From Candidatus Levyibacteriota bacterium (lineage in GTDB: Bacteria > Patescibacteriota > Microgenomatia > Levybacterales > GWA1-39-11), in assembly GCA_050255815.1 (NCBI GenBank), contig JBLMVJ010000014.1, forward strand, positions 36,728-100,727: a DNA stretch of 64,000 nt. The letters run 5' to 3'. Shown one piece after another: positions 37,654 through 46,801 of the stretch. How positions within the stretch are numbered: position 1 is the first letter of the stretch; each line of letters begins with the position of its first letter. The position numbers and the translations under genes were made by a program. The notes beneath the pieces are model-generated. The model was not told the DNA's origin and did no database searches. It saw nothing but the letters and a program-made list of their open reading frames with translations.

Positions 37654-37728
37654 TGGCTCCCCCGCGAGGATTCGAACCTCGAACCTTAAAGTTAACAGCT
37701 TTCTGCTCTACCATTGAGCTACAGGGGA
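37654..37728 (-). tRNA. tRNA-Asn (anticodon GTT).
   Basis: Manual fold of the reverse complement gives TCCCCTG/TA/GCTC-AATGGTA-GAGC/A/GAAAG-CTGTTAA-CTTTA/AGGTT/CGAGG-TTCGAAT-CCTCG/CGGGGGA/G/CCA. The T-loop GGTTCGAATCC is canonical, the anticodon loop is CT-GTT-AA, and CCA is encoded. Confidence 0.85.
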
Positions 37729-37784
37729 ATGCTCATTCCATCTCAACTCTGCAGTTAAGATTCTTACGATTATACTCAATTACG

Positions 37785-37808
37785 CACAAAATTCCAATAT
37801 CCTAATTT
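37785..37808. repeat. 24-nt direct repeat, copy 1 (cacaaaattccaatatcctaattt), upstream of the 37857 gene.
   Basis: Exact 24/24 match to copy 2 at 38613..38636. Confidence 0.6.
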
Positions 37809-37856
37809 GGGGCGTAATGAGAACAAAGCATTATAGCCTTTGATATAATCCAAGAA

Positions 37857-38318
37857 ATGACCACAGAAGACGTATTAAAAATTGTGGATTACATTGCTAC
37901 AGAATGTAATAGGTTAAAGAATAAGTACATAGAGAATTCTTTAGAGGCTGATTATGTGTGTATATTTTCTCATAGTGAAGATGAATATAATCAGTTACTA
38001 GAGGTAGCTAAAACGTTAGGTAAAATTGCTACAGATACTCCCACAGGTCCAGTATTTGCTTTTACCACCCGCCCAGAAACGGTTATGGGTAGTCCAAAAC
38101 TGTTAAAAATCAGAAAGCCGGATGAAACCAGGGCACAGAGAGGAGACTTGGATCTAAATACAAATTATCCCGAGTTTAAGAAGAAGTATTTAAACAATAA
38201 TGAGTTCACTCTTATAGTGAGGCCCGACTTTGAAATGATTGAGTTAAAAGATGACTCTTTTGATGCGCTGCTTTATTTTTCAAGTATCCCACTCAGTAAG
38301 CAATTAGGGATAACATAG
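37857..38318 (+). CDS. Hypothetical protein (153 aa).
   Basis: ORF preceded by the 24-nt motif and a TATAAT-like box (ttgatataatcc). No family recognised. Confidence 0.5.
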   Translation: MTTEDVLKIVDYIATECNRLKNKYIENSLEADYVCIFSHSEDEYNQLLEVAKTLGKIATDTPTGPVFAFTTRPETVMGSPKLLKIRKPDETRAQRGDLDLNTNYPEFKKKYLNNNEFTLIVRPDFEMIELKDDSFDALLYFSSIPLSKQLGIT

Positions 38319-38322
38319 ACAG

Positions 38323-38382
38323 GATTTAGGGGTTTGGGATGAGGGATACCAGGTGGTCTAGGAGTTCTTGGTAGTCACACAT
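38323..38382 (-). pseudogene. Remnant of a GH130-gene 3' end, encoding [19 protein letters not shown].
   Basis: Lies in frame directly after the TAG stop of the 68-aa ORF. About 55 nt are homologous to the 3' end of the GH130 gene at 39321..40343 ([17 protein letters not shown]), including the 34-nt repeat 38351..38384. Confidence 0.4.
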
Positions 38383-38384
38383 AG
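38351..38384. repeat. 34-nt repeat, copy 1 (aggtggtctaggagttcttggtagtcacacatag).
   Basis: 33/34 match to 39343..39376, which lies within the 3' coding end of the GH130 gene. Confidence 0.6.
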
Positions 38385-38385
38385 G

Positions 38386-38592
38386 CTATTCTTTGTGCTC
38401 AACTTTTAAGATTACATTCTTTTTCACCCCTGCAACCGCGGGAAGCAAATGGTTTAAGACCTGTTCAGCAGTCATCCTAAACTCTCTTCCCCTAGCTGAA
38501 ATCTTTACCCACCCTTCTTTATCCCTAAAATAACGTTCAGTGAAGTTTTTAGTTCCTATAAAAATGGTATAGCAGTCATTTGTCAGCTTCAT
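38386..38592 (-). CDS. Small hypothetical protein (68 aa). Possibly the 5' part of a disrupted gene.
   Basis: ORF only. It is followed in the same frame by a stop and then the GH130 C-terminal remnant. Confidence 0.3.
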   Translation of the reverse strand: MKLTNDCYTIFIGTKNFTERYFRDKEGWVKISARGREFRMTAEQVLNHLLPAVAGVKKNVILKVEHKE

Positions 38593-38612
38593 GCTTTGAT
38601 TTTAGCACAGGA

Positions 38613-38636
38613 CACAAAATTCCAATATCCTAATTT
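38613..38636. repeat. 24-nt direct repeat, copy 2, upstream of the 38698 gene.
   Basis: Exact match to 37785..37808. Followed by a TATAAT-like box (tttattataatc). Confidence 0.6.
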
Positions 38637-38697
38637 CATAAATCTAAAACATCTTAGGTCTCAGATTCCCTTCAGGACTTTATTATAATCTCTTGGA

Positions 38698-39285
38698 ATG
38701 AGAAGAATTATTACCACTACCATGATTACGCTGGATGGTGTTATGCAAGCTCCTGGTGTTTCTAAAGAAGATGAGAGTGAAGGTTTCAAATACGGAGGAT
38801 GGCAGGTGGGGTGGGATAAAGAAGCAGACGCAATAACAGACAGAATTCAAGCAGAACCTTTGGACCTACTCTTTGGAAGACGTACTTATGATATTTTTGC
38901 CGGATATTGGCCGCACCATGAAGATGAACCACATTGGGGAAAACCGTATAGTAAGGCGAAAAAGTATGTAGTTTCTCATAAGCCGGTTAAGCTACCATGG
39001 AAAAACTCCCAACTTATCTCAGGAGATGTTGTGGGTGAAATTAAAAAACTAAAGGATTCAAATGGTCCAAACCTTTGGGTGTGGGGCAGTAGCTCTCTTA
39101 TTCAAACACTGCTTAAAAATAACCTCATTGATAGAATGTATCTCTGGATATTTCCCCTTACTATTGGTACTGGTAAAAAACTATTCGCAGAAGGCACAAT
39201 TCCGGAGCGCTTTAAAATGGTGGATGGGAAAATTACCTCAAACGGTATTATATTTGCAGCCTATGAACCATCAACTCCTCTTTAG
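38698..39285 (+). CDS. Dihydrofolate-reductase-like protein (RibD C-terminal domain family).
   Basis: MRRIITTTMITLDGVMQAPG...FGRRTYDIFAGYWP...LWVWGSSSLIQTLLKNNLIDRMYLWIFPLTIGTGKKLF is typical of the bacterial RibD_C/DHFR-like family. A paralog lies at 51999..52559. Confidence 0.7.
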   Translation: MRRIITTTMITLDGVMQAPGVSKEDESEGFKYGGWQVGWDKEADAITDRIQAEPLDLLFGRRTYDIFAGYWPHHEDEPHWGKPYSKAKKYVVSHKPVKLPWKNSQLISGDVVGEIKKLKDSNGPNLWVWGSSSLIQTLLKNNLIDRMYLWIFPLTIGTGKKLFAEGTIPERFKMVDGKITSNGIIFAAYEPSTPL

Positions 39286-39320
39286 CAGCTGAAGCATTAA
39301 ATAAGGTTGAAGCCTTGATT

Positions 39321-40343
39321 TCATTCCTGAATTAAGGATACAAGGTGGTCTAGGAGTTCCTGGTAGTCACACATAGCTAGGCAGATTCCCTGGTCACCGC
39401 TTCCGTAGTATACATAGAGATTTTCCCCGTATACCACTGCGCCTTCCGGAAACGCCACATGGTTTACTATGCCATGCAGTTCCCGCTCTGTCTCCGGTTT
39501 TAACACATGGTCCACATTTGCCAGGATCTTCCGGGGATTATGTAAATCCAGGAGAGCCGCGCTAATGGACCACTCCGGGTGGTTTCCCACTTTACTGATA
39601 GCGCTATAGATAAAAAGCCACCCGTGCGGAGTTTTAATAGGCACCGCACCTACTTCATTTCCCCGGTCCTCAGTTGGCTTCATCACTACATATTCTTCAT
39701 ATTCTTCATTTACTATCCTATTCATCCGTTCTTTTGAAGGGTAGAAGAGGTCATACAGGTCATCAAACTGCGCCATCATGATGGTTGCCTTAGGGCTTTC
39801 CAGTTCAAAGGTAAAGAGCATAGTGTACTTCCCGTTAATTTTTTCCGGGAACAGGCAGGCAGCTTTAGAGAAAAGGTCCGGTCCTATAATTCCGTGTTTA
39901 TTCCAGTGGATAAAATCCTTGCTGGTTGCCAGTGCAATCCTTACCTTTTGCTCATGGCCTGCGCCGCCTACAGCCGTGTAGTAGAGATAGTAGACGCCAT
40001 CTATCTTTGTCACCCGCGGGTCTTCGCACCCCAGGCCGTTTTCATAACTTTCCGTAGGGGAAATAAGCGGCTCTTCAAACCGGTCAAAATGCATACCGTC
40101 CACGCTTTCTGCGTATCCCAGGGAAGACATATACGCGCCTTCTATATCAGGATGCACGTCATTTGTAGCCCTATAAATCATGCGGAAAAAGCCGTTTTCA
40201 TAAATGACCCCGGGGTTTAAGACCGACCCTTTTTCCCAATCATGGGACGGATCACGCTCTATGATGGGATCCCCCCTAAACCGTCTTAATTTCATAATAA
40301 TTATTGTAACAGTAATTTTGTTTAGTACACAAGAGCAACTCAA
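39321..40343 (-). CDS. GH130-family (formerly DUF377) glycoside hydrolase or phosphorylase, single domain.
   Basis: [21 protein letters not shown] motif and beta-propeller-like repeats. The same motif family occurs in the two double-domain proteins at 57606..61393. Confidence 0.65.
   Translation of the reverse strand: MSCSCVLNKITVTIIIMKLRRFRGDPIIERDPSHDWEKGSVLNPGVIYENGFFRMIYRATNDVHPDIEGAYMSSLGYAESVDGMHFDRFEEPLISPTESYENGLGCEDPRVTKIDGVYYLYYTAVGGAGHEQKVRIALATSKDFIHWNKHGIIGPDLFSKAACLFPEKINGKYTMLFTFELESPKATIMMAQFDDLYDLFYPSKERMNRIVNEEYEEYVVMKPTEDRGNEVGAVPIKTPHGWLFIYSAISKVGNHPEWSISAALLDLHNPRKILANVDHVLKPETERELHGIVNHVAFPEGAVVYGENLYVYYGSGDQGICLAMCDYQELLDHLVSLIQE
39343..39376. repeat. 34-nt repeat, copy 2, inside the GH130 3' coding end.
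   Basis: 33/34 match to 38351..38384. Confidence 0.6.
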
Positions 40344-41701
40344 AAATCCTGCTTCAGGATTTCCGGATGCTTATCATGGAGAGTCAAAATTAATTCCCCA
40401 AAGAGTGAATTCACCCAGGCAAACCAATGGCGCGTATAGTGGTGCGCATCATCCACATCTATGCTTTCATGCATATAAAATGTTGTTCCATGTGTCTTTT
40501 TCAGTGTCTTTAAGCACTCCGCTATTTCCTGCGTATCCTCTGTGGTCAGCGCCTGCATAATAGTTGCCATGGGCCAGAAATGGTCACAAATCCCTACATG
40601 CGGGGAAGTGAGTCCGCAGGCAACCTGGCCTTTTGCAAAAAATGAATTCCACTCTGAAAGGATCAGTTTCCTGGTGTTTTGGTATAACTCGTCTTGTACG
40701 CCACAAAATCCCAGGTAGGGAAGGCTTAACAGGCTGGGGATATTAGGGTCATCCATAATGCAGCTGGAGCCAAACCCATCTACTTCATACGCATAGATTT
40801 TGCCAAATTCTTTATGGTCCACAATTCCCCACCGGGAAATTCCTTCCTCTATCTGGTTAGCAAGAAGAGAGGAGCGTTTTACTAAATCTACCGCCCCCAG
40901 TTCCTCCAGGATTGGTTTTATTTTGCGCAGGTACACTACGGCCATGGCATTTGCAGGGATGATATACGGGAACGCTGTCTCATCATCTGAGGGACGGAAG
41001 ACACAGCGGGAAAGTCCGCAGCGTTTTGAAGGGTACCCATACCCGCTCAGCCGTACGGCAGGGTGGAGGTGTCCGGAATGCGTTTTAAACTGGTACAGGA
41101 ATTCATGGTTGTCTTTATTCAGCGTATTTTGCTCTATGTGGATTACTTCCAGCGCTTTATCAACCGCCTGGATCCAGCGGTCATCAAATGGGGTAGTGTC
41201 TTTAGTTTCCTCAAAGTATCCATAAGAGAGGCGGAAAAATGCTGCCAGGCTGTCCAGCTCATATTTCCGTTCAAAAACTTCTGCTTTATGGTGGTCATTT
41301 ATTTCCCGCTTGAATGCATTTGCATAAGGGTCTGAGACAACACAGAGGGATTGTCTGTGGATGAGGCCTTTAAAAAGAGTTTTGATTTCCTCATCCTGTT
41401 TAATAAACCGCAGATAGGGCCATACTTGATTAACGGAATCACGCAGCCACATGGCCGGTATATCCCCGGTAACTATAAAGGTATCCGGGTGTCCTTCCCG
41501 CTCCTGATGATATACGGTAGTATCCAGCGTATTAGGGAGACATTGGGAAAACATTCTGCGGATGTCTTCATCTGTGATCTTTTCAGAAACAGCAGTAATA
41601 GTTTTTTCAATTACGTCACTTCTGAATAGCCGTTCATGCGGTTCCGGCCGGGAATTTAAGTGGGAAAAATTCTGCAGGTCAGGAGGATTTTTATAGGGCA
41701 T
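40340..41701 (-). CDS. GH125-family protein (metal-independent exo-alpha-1,6-mannosidase family, DUF1237).
   Basis: The [12 protein letters not shown] motif is characteristic of GH125, and the 453-aa size fits an (alpha/alpha)6 barrel. Confidence 0.65.
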   Translation of the reverse strand: MPYKNPPDLQNFSHLNSRPEPHERLFRSDVIEKTITAVSEKITDEDIRRMFSQCLPNTLDTTVYHQEREGHPDTFIVTGDIPAMWLRDSVNQVWPYLRFIKQDEEIKTLFKGLIHRQSLCVVSDPYANAFKREINDHHKAEVFERKYELDSLAAFFRLSYGYFEETKDTTPFDDRWIQAVDKALEVIHIEQNTLNKDNHEFLYQFKTHSGHLHPAVRLSGYGYPSKRCGLSRCVFRPSDDETAFPYIIPANAMAVVYLRKIKPILEELGAVDLVKRSSLLANQIEEGISRWGIVDHKEFGKIYAYEVDGFGSSCIMDDPNIPSLLSLPYLGFCGVQDELYQNTRKLILSEWNSFFAKGQVACGLTSPHVGICDHFWPMATIMQALTTEDTQEIAECLKTLKKTHGTTFYMHESIDVDDAHHYTRHWFAWVNSLFGELILTLHDKHPEILKQDF

Positions 41702-41758
41702 ACCATTATTGTATAGAAGAATTACCGCGCGGGCAATTCATGGCACAACAATTTCCCC

Positions 41759-41774
41759 TGTGATCTTTATCACA
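41759..41774. promoter_or_regulatory. Perfect CRP-consensus palindrome TGTGATCTTTATCACA (TGTGA-N6-TCACA).
   Basis: Read directly from the sequence, in the divergent intergenic region between the GH125 gene (-) and the 41784 gene (+). Confidence 0.5.
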
Positions 41775-41783
41775 TAAATATAA

Positions 41784-42296
41784 ATGGGCGCATATTACAA
41801 TGAGGATATGAAAATGAATAGTGATGAAGGTATCTGCTGTTTTCCGCTGGATACCTCACTTTGGGAGGAGAAAACCCATGAATGGAAAGATAAGCTGTTC
41901 TTACAGGATGAAGTAAGACAGATCATGCATATTCCTATAAATATGACTACTGTGGTAAAGCGGATGTTCCAGAAAATTGAGGATGCAGATGCTATGCCGG
42001 AAGTAAAAGATTTTTTAATGCTTGCCTATGACCCATCACCCTGGAAGTCAGAAATATATATGACGGTTGTAAAAGATATTCCCAACGGCAAAATGGCAAA
42101 ACTTTCCGGTACCTATATAAGTAAAGTTTATGATGGCCCGTACAACCAGGTCCCCAAATGGATTGAAGATATGGACAAGTACCTCAGTGCTCAAAACCAG
42201 AAAGCACTGAAATATTATTTCCATTTTGCATATTGCCCAAAATGCGTGAAAAAATACGGGCACAATTATTGCATTGCGTTTGCGCAAGTTGCCTAA
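41784..42296 (+). CDS. Hypothetical protein (170 aa) with C-terminal Cys motifs.
   Basis: ORF ending YCPKCVKKYGHNYCIAFAQVA. The true start may be the internal Met at MKMNSDEG. Confidence 0.4.
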   Translation: MGAYYNEDMKMNSDEGICCFPLDTSLWEEKTHEWKDKLFLQDEVRQIMHIPINMTTVVKRMFQKIEDADAMPEVKDFLMLAYDPSPWKSEIYMTVVKDIPNGKMAKLSGTYISKVYDGPYNQVPKWIEDMDKYLSAQNQKALKYYFHFAYCPKCVKKYGHNYCIAFAQVA

Positions 42297-42317
42297 AATG
42301 AGGCCTATAATTAAGTT

Positions 42318-42686
42318 ATGGATGTTACGGTCTTCTTAGCACGTTTCTGGGGTAGCCTGTTTATGATCCTGGGCTTACAGTCTATCTTTCTTAAATTTTT
42401 AGGAAGAGTAATACAATACACTGAGGAAAAACCCATTACGGTATCTACGGGCTACATTACTTTTTTATTGGGCCTGGCAACTGTTGTAGCACATAACATA
42501 TGGGTTTTTGACTGGCGGGTTGCCATTACTATCCTGGGGTGGGGAACCTTGTTTAAAGGAATTGAAAAAATTGCATTCCCCAACCGCATAAACAAAGCAG
42601 CGCAATTGTTTAAAAACCAGCAAGTCTTGTGGGGCGTTGTTATTTTTCTTCTGGGCGCCTGGTTTTTTTATATGAGTTTCAGGTAA
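42318..42686 (+). CDS. Small membrane protein (122 aa, 3-4 TM helices).
   Basis: Hydrophobic helices separated by short loops. No motif recognised. Confidence 0.4.
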   Translation: MDVTVFLARFWGSLFMILGLQSIFLKFLGRVIQYTEEKPITVSTGYITFLLGLATVVAHNIWVFDWRVAITILGWGTLFKGIEKIAFPNRINKAAQLFKNQQVLWGVVIFLLGAWFFYMSFR

Positions 42687-42690
42687 CTAT

Positions 42691-42999
42691 ATGGACATAC
42701 CTAAAAACATAAGCCAGTCTATCCAGTACCAGGAAGGCTCCGTAGTCAGCAAGGAAATAGTCAATAAGCCGGCCGGTACCGTTACCCTTTTTGCCTTTGA
42801 TAAAGGGCAGGGGCTTTCTGAACATACCACCCCCTATGATGCTTTAGTCATGGTTGTTGACGGAATAGCTGACATAACGGTGAACGGCCAAAACCATGAA
42901 GTAAAGACAGGTGAAATGCTTCTTATGCCGGCCCATTCACCACACGCCTTAAAAGCTCCGGAGCAGTTCAAGATGTTACTTATCATGATAAAGTCTTAA
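42691..42999 (+). CDS. Cupin-domain protein.
   Basis: 102 aa with the cupin_2-like motifs GLSEHTTPYDALVMVVDG and GEMLLMPAHSPHALKA. Confidence 0.6.
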   Translation: MDIPKNISQSIQYQEGSVVSKEIVNKPAGTVTLFAFDKGQGLSEHTTPYDALVMVVDGIADITVNGQNHEVKTGEMLLMPAHSPHALKAPEQFKMLLIMIKS

Positions 43000-43081
43000 A
43001 GATTATGCGGACAAAAAATTGGTATCTGGGGTTCTTTAGTCTTTTTGCCCTCTTTGCTATTCCCGGAATAGTTACCGGGAA

Positions 43082-43531
43082 TTGGGGGACAGCCATCTGG
43101 CTTGTTTGGCTATTTTGGATTATCTTCTTTATACCAAAAAAGAAGGCTTAGTTATGGATGACGCCGTAGCCCATAAATTCTTTTCAGATAACTCCGTACA
43201 GCTCCATTTATTTGATGCCATTAAGAAGTATATTTCCTCATTAGGGGTAGTAAAAATAAAAGTAACAAAGAGCCAGATTTCATTTTCTAATAAACGGCAA
43301 TTTGCATGGGTTTGGCTGCCTATGCCTTGGGATACCGGAAGACCTAAAAACAGTATTGTCCTGAGTTTTTCCCTGGGGGAGCGCGTTATGCATCCGCAGA
43401 TAGTAGAGGTTGTTGAGCCGTATCCCGGGAGATTTATGCACCATGTGATTATGGAAAAAGAAGCAGAGCTGAGCGGTGCGGTTAAAAAATGGCTCCAGAC
43501 TGCTTTTACATTTGGCGAAGAAAGGAATTAA
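43082..43531 (+). CDS. Hypothetical protein (149 aa).
   Basis: ORF whose real start may be MDDAVAHKF at about 43145. Convergent with, and overlapping by 4 nt, the ImmA-like gene. Confidence 0.35.
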   Translation: MGDSHLACLAILDYLLYTKKEGLVMDDAVAHKFFSDNSVQLHLFDAIKKYISSLGVVKIKVTKSQISFSNKRQFAWVWLPMPWDTGRPKNSIVLSFSLGERVMHPQIVEVVEPYPGRFMHHVIMEKEAELSGAVKKWLQTAFTFGEERN

Positions 43532-43914
43532 AAATCGAATTGTTTTGCAAACTGGTCCGCTTCTTGTTCCTGCCTTTTTATCTCTTCCCTGGTTTGTTTT
43601 TCCAGCACGGAGTTGCGGTGGCCTAAAACCACATGGCCTATCTCATGCGCTATGGTGTAATAGATTTTTCCGGGGTTCTGCAGCAGCAGGTCATCACTCA
43701 AAAAAATGAGATGCTGTTTTCTCAGGTCTGAACCGGTAAAGGTAAAGGCCCAGGCGTCTTCCAGGGAAGCAAAAAACCAGCAGTTTTTTGTTATGGAGCT
43801 TATTATTTCCTCCGGCATTTTCTCCAGTGTCTCACAGACATAGCGTTTCATTTTGACATTCCCAACCAGCTTTCCTTCAAAAGAACCGTAGATTTTTTGC
43901 AGGGCTTTTCTCAT
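43528..43914 (-). CDS. ImmA/IrrE-family zinc metallopeptidase (DUF955-like).
   Basis: HEXXH in the typical context (YYTIAHEIGHVVLGHRN), 128 aa. Confidence 0.62.
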   Translation of the reverse strand: MRKALQKIYGSFEGKLVGNVKMKRYVCETLEKMPEEIISSITKNCWFFASLEDAWAFTFTGSDLRKQHLIFLSDDLLLQNPGKIYYTIAHEIGHVVLGHRNSVLEKQTREEIKRQEQEADQFAKQFDF

Positions 43915-44008
43915 AAGAGCAATATAGCAATGGCTTGTAAGAGTATAGTGAGAAGTCCTGCATATCTTCTGCTAGGGTTTCAGTCTTGAGTTTCTGGGTA
44001 TATACTAA

Positions 44009-46369
44009 ATGAGTCTTATGTACTCCGGGTTATCCTCATCCCAAGCTACTAACATCCTCAAGGAGAAAGGGTTTAACGAAATACCTGAAAAACAAGAACC
44101 GTTATACCGGAAAATAATAAAGAGCTTTATATCTCCTATTGCTCTCATGCTGTTGCTTGCTTCCGGACTGTCTTTTTCTTTGCATAAAACATTTGACGGC
44201 TATTTCATCCTCATATTACTGCTTTTAAATATAGTCATTACCTTATGGCAGGAGAAAAAAGCAGACAACGCCATTAAAAAATTAAATGAACATTTGCAAC
44301 AAAAGATAAAAGTGTTCAGGGATGGGCAGTGGCAATCTATTGGTTCCCGTTTTTTAGTAGAAGGGGATGTAGTCCAGCTTGCTTCCGGGGAAGTAATCCC
44401 TGCGGACGGAAAAATTATTGAAGACCATCACGTGCAAGTCAATGAATCCGCCCTTACCGGAGAATCCCTGCCAAAAGACAAGAAAGAAGGGGATGAAGTA
44501 TTTTCCGGTTCTTTTATAGCCTCTGGGATAGCAATAGTTACCGTAGTTGCCACAGGGGTAAGGACCAGCTTTGGGAAAACAATTTTCTCTGTTGAGAAGA
44601 TCAGGAAGCAGAGTGAATTGGAAAAAGATATTATTAATATTTCTAAATTCCTGACGGTCCTCAGCCTGATTGCGGTTGCTATCCTGAGCATTATATTTCT
44701 GATGAGAAAGGCTTCCCTCCTAGAACTGCTTACGCTGGACCTGAGCCTCATCATAGCAGGAATACCTATAAGCCTGCCAACTGTTATGACGCTTATCATA
44801 GAATTTGGGGTACTTGCCTTATCAAAAAAGAATGTTATAGTCCGCAGGCTTTCCGCATTGGAAGACCTGGCAAATGTAAATTTTTTACTGACTGATAAAA
44901 CGGGGACACTCACAAAAAATAAAATAACTGTACGTGATATTTATGCATATGACGGTTTTACCCATAATGATGTGTTGTCCTATGCTGCTGTCATTGCTGC
45001 CTCTGAAAGTGATAACCCAATAGACGCAGCAATAACTGAAAAAGTACAAGAACTGCGCTTAAGGCTTCCTTCCTGGACTAAAAAAGATTTCATCCCTGCA
45101 GATTCCAAAAGGAAGCGAAGCACCCTCACCATACAAGAAGATGGGTCTGAAAAAGCCCTTGCCTTAGGCGCCCCCCAGATTATAGAAGATCTGTGCCGAT
45201 TGGATAAAAATACGCAGAAGAAATTTAAACGGGAGGTAGAAACATTGGCCGCAAGCGGTTACCGGACACTGGCGGTGGCAGTTTCAAAAACAGGTAAAGA
45301 AGAGAATATGAAAATGGTAGGTGTTATGGCTCTTTCAGATACCCTCAGAGAAGATGCAAAATCAGTCGTACAATTCCTTACGGAGAACAACATCCAGGTG
45401 GCCATGGTAACGGGTGACAACAAATCTATTGCCGCCAACATTGCTGCCCAGCTGGGCCTGGCTGAGAGGGAAACTATCACAAAAAAACAATTGGACTCCA
45501 TGGACTGGAAGGGTATTCAGGCAAATTTTTATACCCGTGCCAGCGCCTTTGCTGAAATCCTTCCTGAAGACAAAATGCATCTGGTCCAGAAAGCAAAAGA
45601 ATTTTTTGTTGTTGCTTCAAATGGGGACGGGGTGAATGACTTGCCGGCGGTTAAAGCAGCAGATGTTGGTATTGCGGTTAAAAACGCTGTTGCCGCCCTG
45701 AAGGCAACTGCAGACATTGTTCTTCTTTCAGAAGGGATAAGCGTTATCAGGGATGCTATTATTGAGAGCAGAAAAATCTTTGAACGCATTTATACGTATT
45801 CCCTCTACAGGATTTCAGAAAGCCTGAGGTTGATTATTACTATTGCTGTTTTAGGCTTATTGTACGGGGTGTACCCATTGACAGCATTGCAAATTATTCT
45901 CATAGCGCTTTTGAATGATATCCCTATCATTTCCCTAGCTTCTGACCGGGTAAAGACAACAAACAGGCCGGCAAAGATAGATGCAAAAAACCGTTTTACG
46001 TTAAGTTCATTATATGGGTTAACCGGTGTAGCAAATAGTTTATTGCTGTTTTTCCTAGTTAGTAATATATGGCATATTGATTGGTCACTTCTTCAGACTA
46101 TGTTTTTTCTCAAGCTAACTGTTTCAGGGCATTTACTGATCTATGTTGCACATACCAAAAAACGGTGGTGGCAGTTTCTCCCCAGTAAGGGGGTTATATG
46201 GGCAACAACTCTCACTCAGTTAGTTGCAACGGGGTTTGCACTTACCGGATTCCTGATGTCCGCCAGACTTCCGTTGTGGCAGGTAGGATTTGTATGGGCA
46301 TGGTCGTTAGGCTGGATGCAGGTTAGTGAAGGGATGAAGATGTTGCAGCAAAGATGGTATAGATCTTGA
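44009..46369 (+). CDS. Cation-transporting P-type ATPase (P2/P3-like, 786 aa).
   Basis: DKTGTLT, TGDN, GDGVNDLPAVKAADVGIAV and ten TM helices. No heavy-metal CPx motif. Confidence 0.82.
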   Translation: MSLMYSGLSSSQATNILKEKGFNEIPEKQEPLYRKIIKSFISPIALMLLLASGLSFSLHKTFDGYFILILLLLNIVITLWQEKKADNAIKKLNEHLQQKIKVFRDGQWQSIGSRFLVEGDVVQLASGEVIPADGKIIEDHHVQVNESALTGESLPKDKKEGDEVFSGSFIASGIAIVTVVATGVRTSFGKTIFSVEKIRKQSELEKDIINISKFLTVLSLIAVAILSIIFLMRKASLLELLTLDLSLIIAGIPISLPTVMTLIIEFGVLALSKKNVIVRRLSALEDLANVNFLLTDKTGTLTKNKITVRDIYAYDGFTHNDVLSYAAVIAASESDNPIDAAITEKVQELRLRLPSWTKKDFIPADSKRKRSTLTIQEDGSEKALALGAPQIIEDLCRLDKNTQKKFKREVETLAASGYRTLAVAVSKTGKEENMKMVGVMALSDTLREDAKSVVQFLTENNIQVAMVTGDNKSIAANIAAQLGLAERETITKKQLDSMDWKGIQANFYTRASAFAEILPEDKMHLVQKAKEFFVVASNGDGVNDLPAVKAADVGIAVKNAVAALKATADIVLLSEGISVIRDAIIESRKIFERIYTYSLYRISESLRLIITIAVLGLLYGVYPLTALQIILIALLNDIPIISLASDRVKTTNRPAKIDAKNRFTLSSLYGLTGVANSLLLFFLVSNIWHIDWSLLQTMFFLKLTVSGHLLIYVAHTKKRWWQFLPSKGVIWATTLTQLVATGFALTGFLMSARLPLWQVGFVWAWSLGWMQVSEGMKMLQQRWYRS

Positions 46370-46559
46370 CCCATTTTGTCTCAGTTGACAAATAGTTTTG
46401 TAAGAGTTATTCTCATTTTTACCTTCATAATCTTCATAAGAAATCCCGCAAGAGGACTAAAAAGATTTGGGAAGAGTTTTAAGAGACCAATGTAGCAGTA
46501 TCAGGAAAGGCAGTTTTTGAGACCGGCTGCGGAGGACAAGGAAAGGAGGTGAGTATAGA

Positions 46560-46787
46560 GTGGGTAAGAGTAATAGCAGCATTAAATCTTCACATGTCCG
46601 TTTTGGCAAAAGAACATACTTCTTTGATGTCAACGTAACTAAAGAGGATAAAAAGTACCTCAGAATTACCGAATCAAAATTTGTAGAAGAGGGAAAACCA
46701 AGAATCTACAACTCCTTTATCCTGTTTCCTGAGAATGTAGCGGACTTCCAGAAAGGGATAGAAGAGATGGTAAGCCATCTGGCGTAA
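46560..46787 (+). CDS. Small conserved-looking protein (75 aa).
   Basis: GTG start 9 nt after a strong SD (aaggaggtg). The sequence RTYFFDVNVTKEDKKYLRITESK...NSFILFPE is reminiscent of small nucleic-acid-binding beta-sheet proteins, but the family is not confirmed. Confidence 0.45.
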   Translation: MGKSNSSIKSSHVRFGKRTYFFDVNVTKEDKKYLRITESKFVEEGKPRIYNSFILFPENVADFQKGIEEMVSHLA

Positions 46788-46801
46788 AAAAACCTGTCTA
46801 G

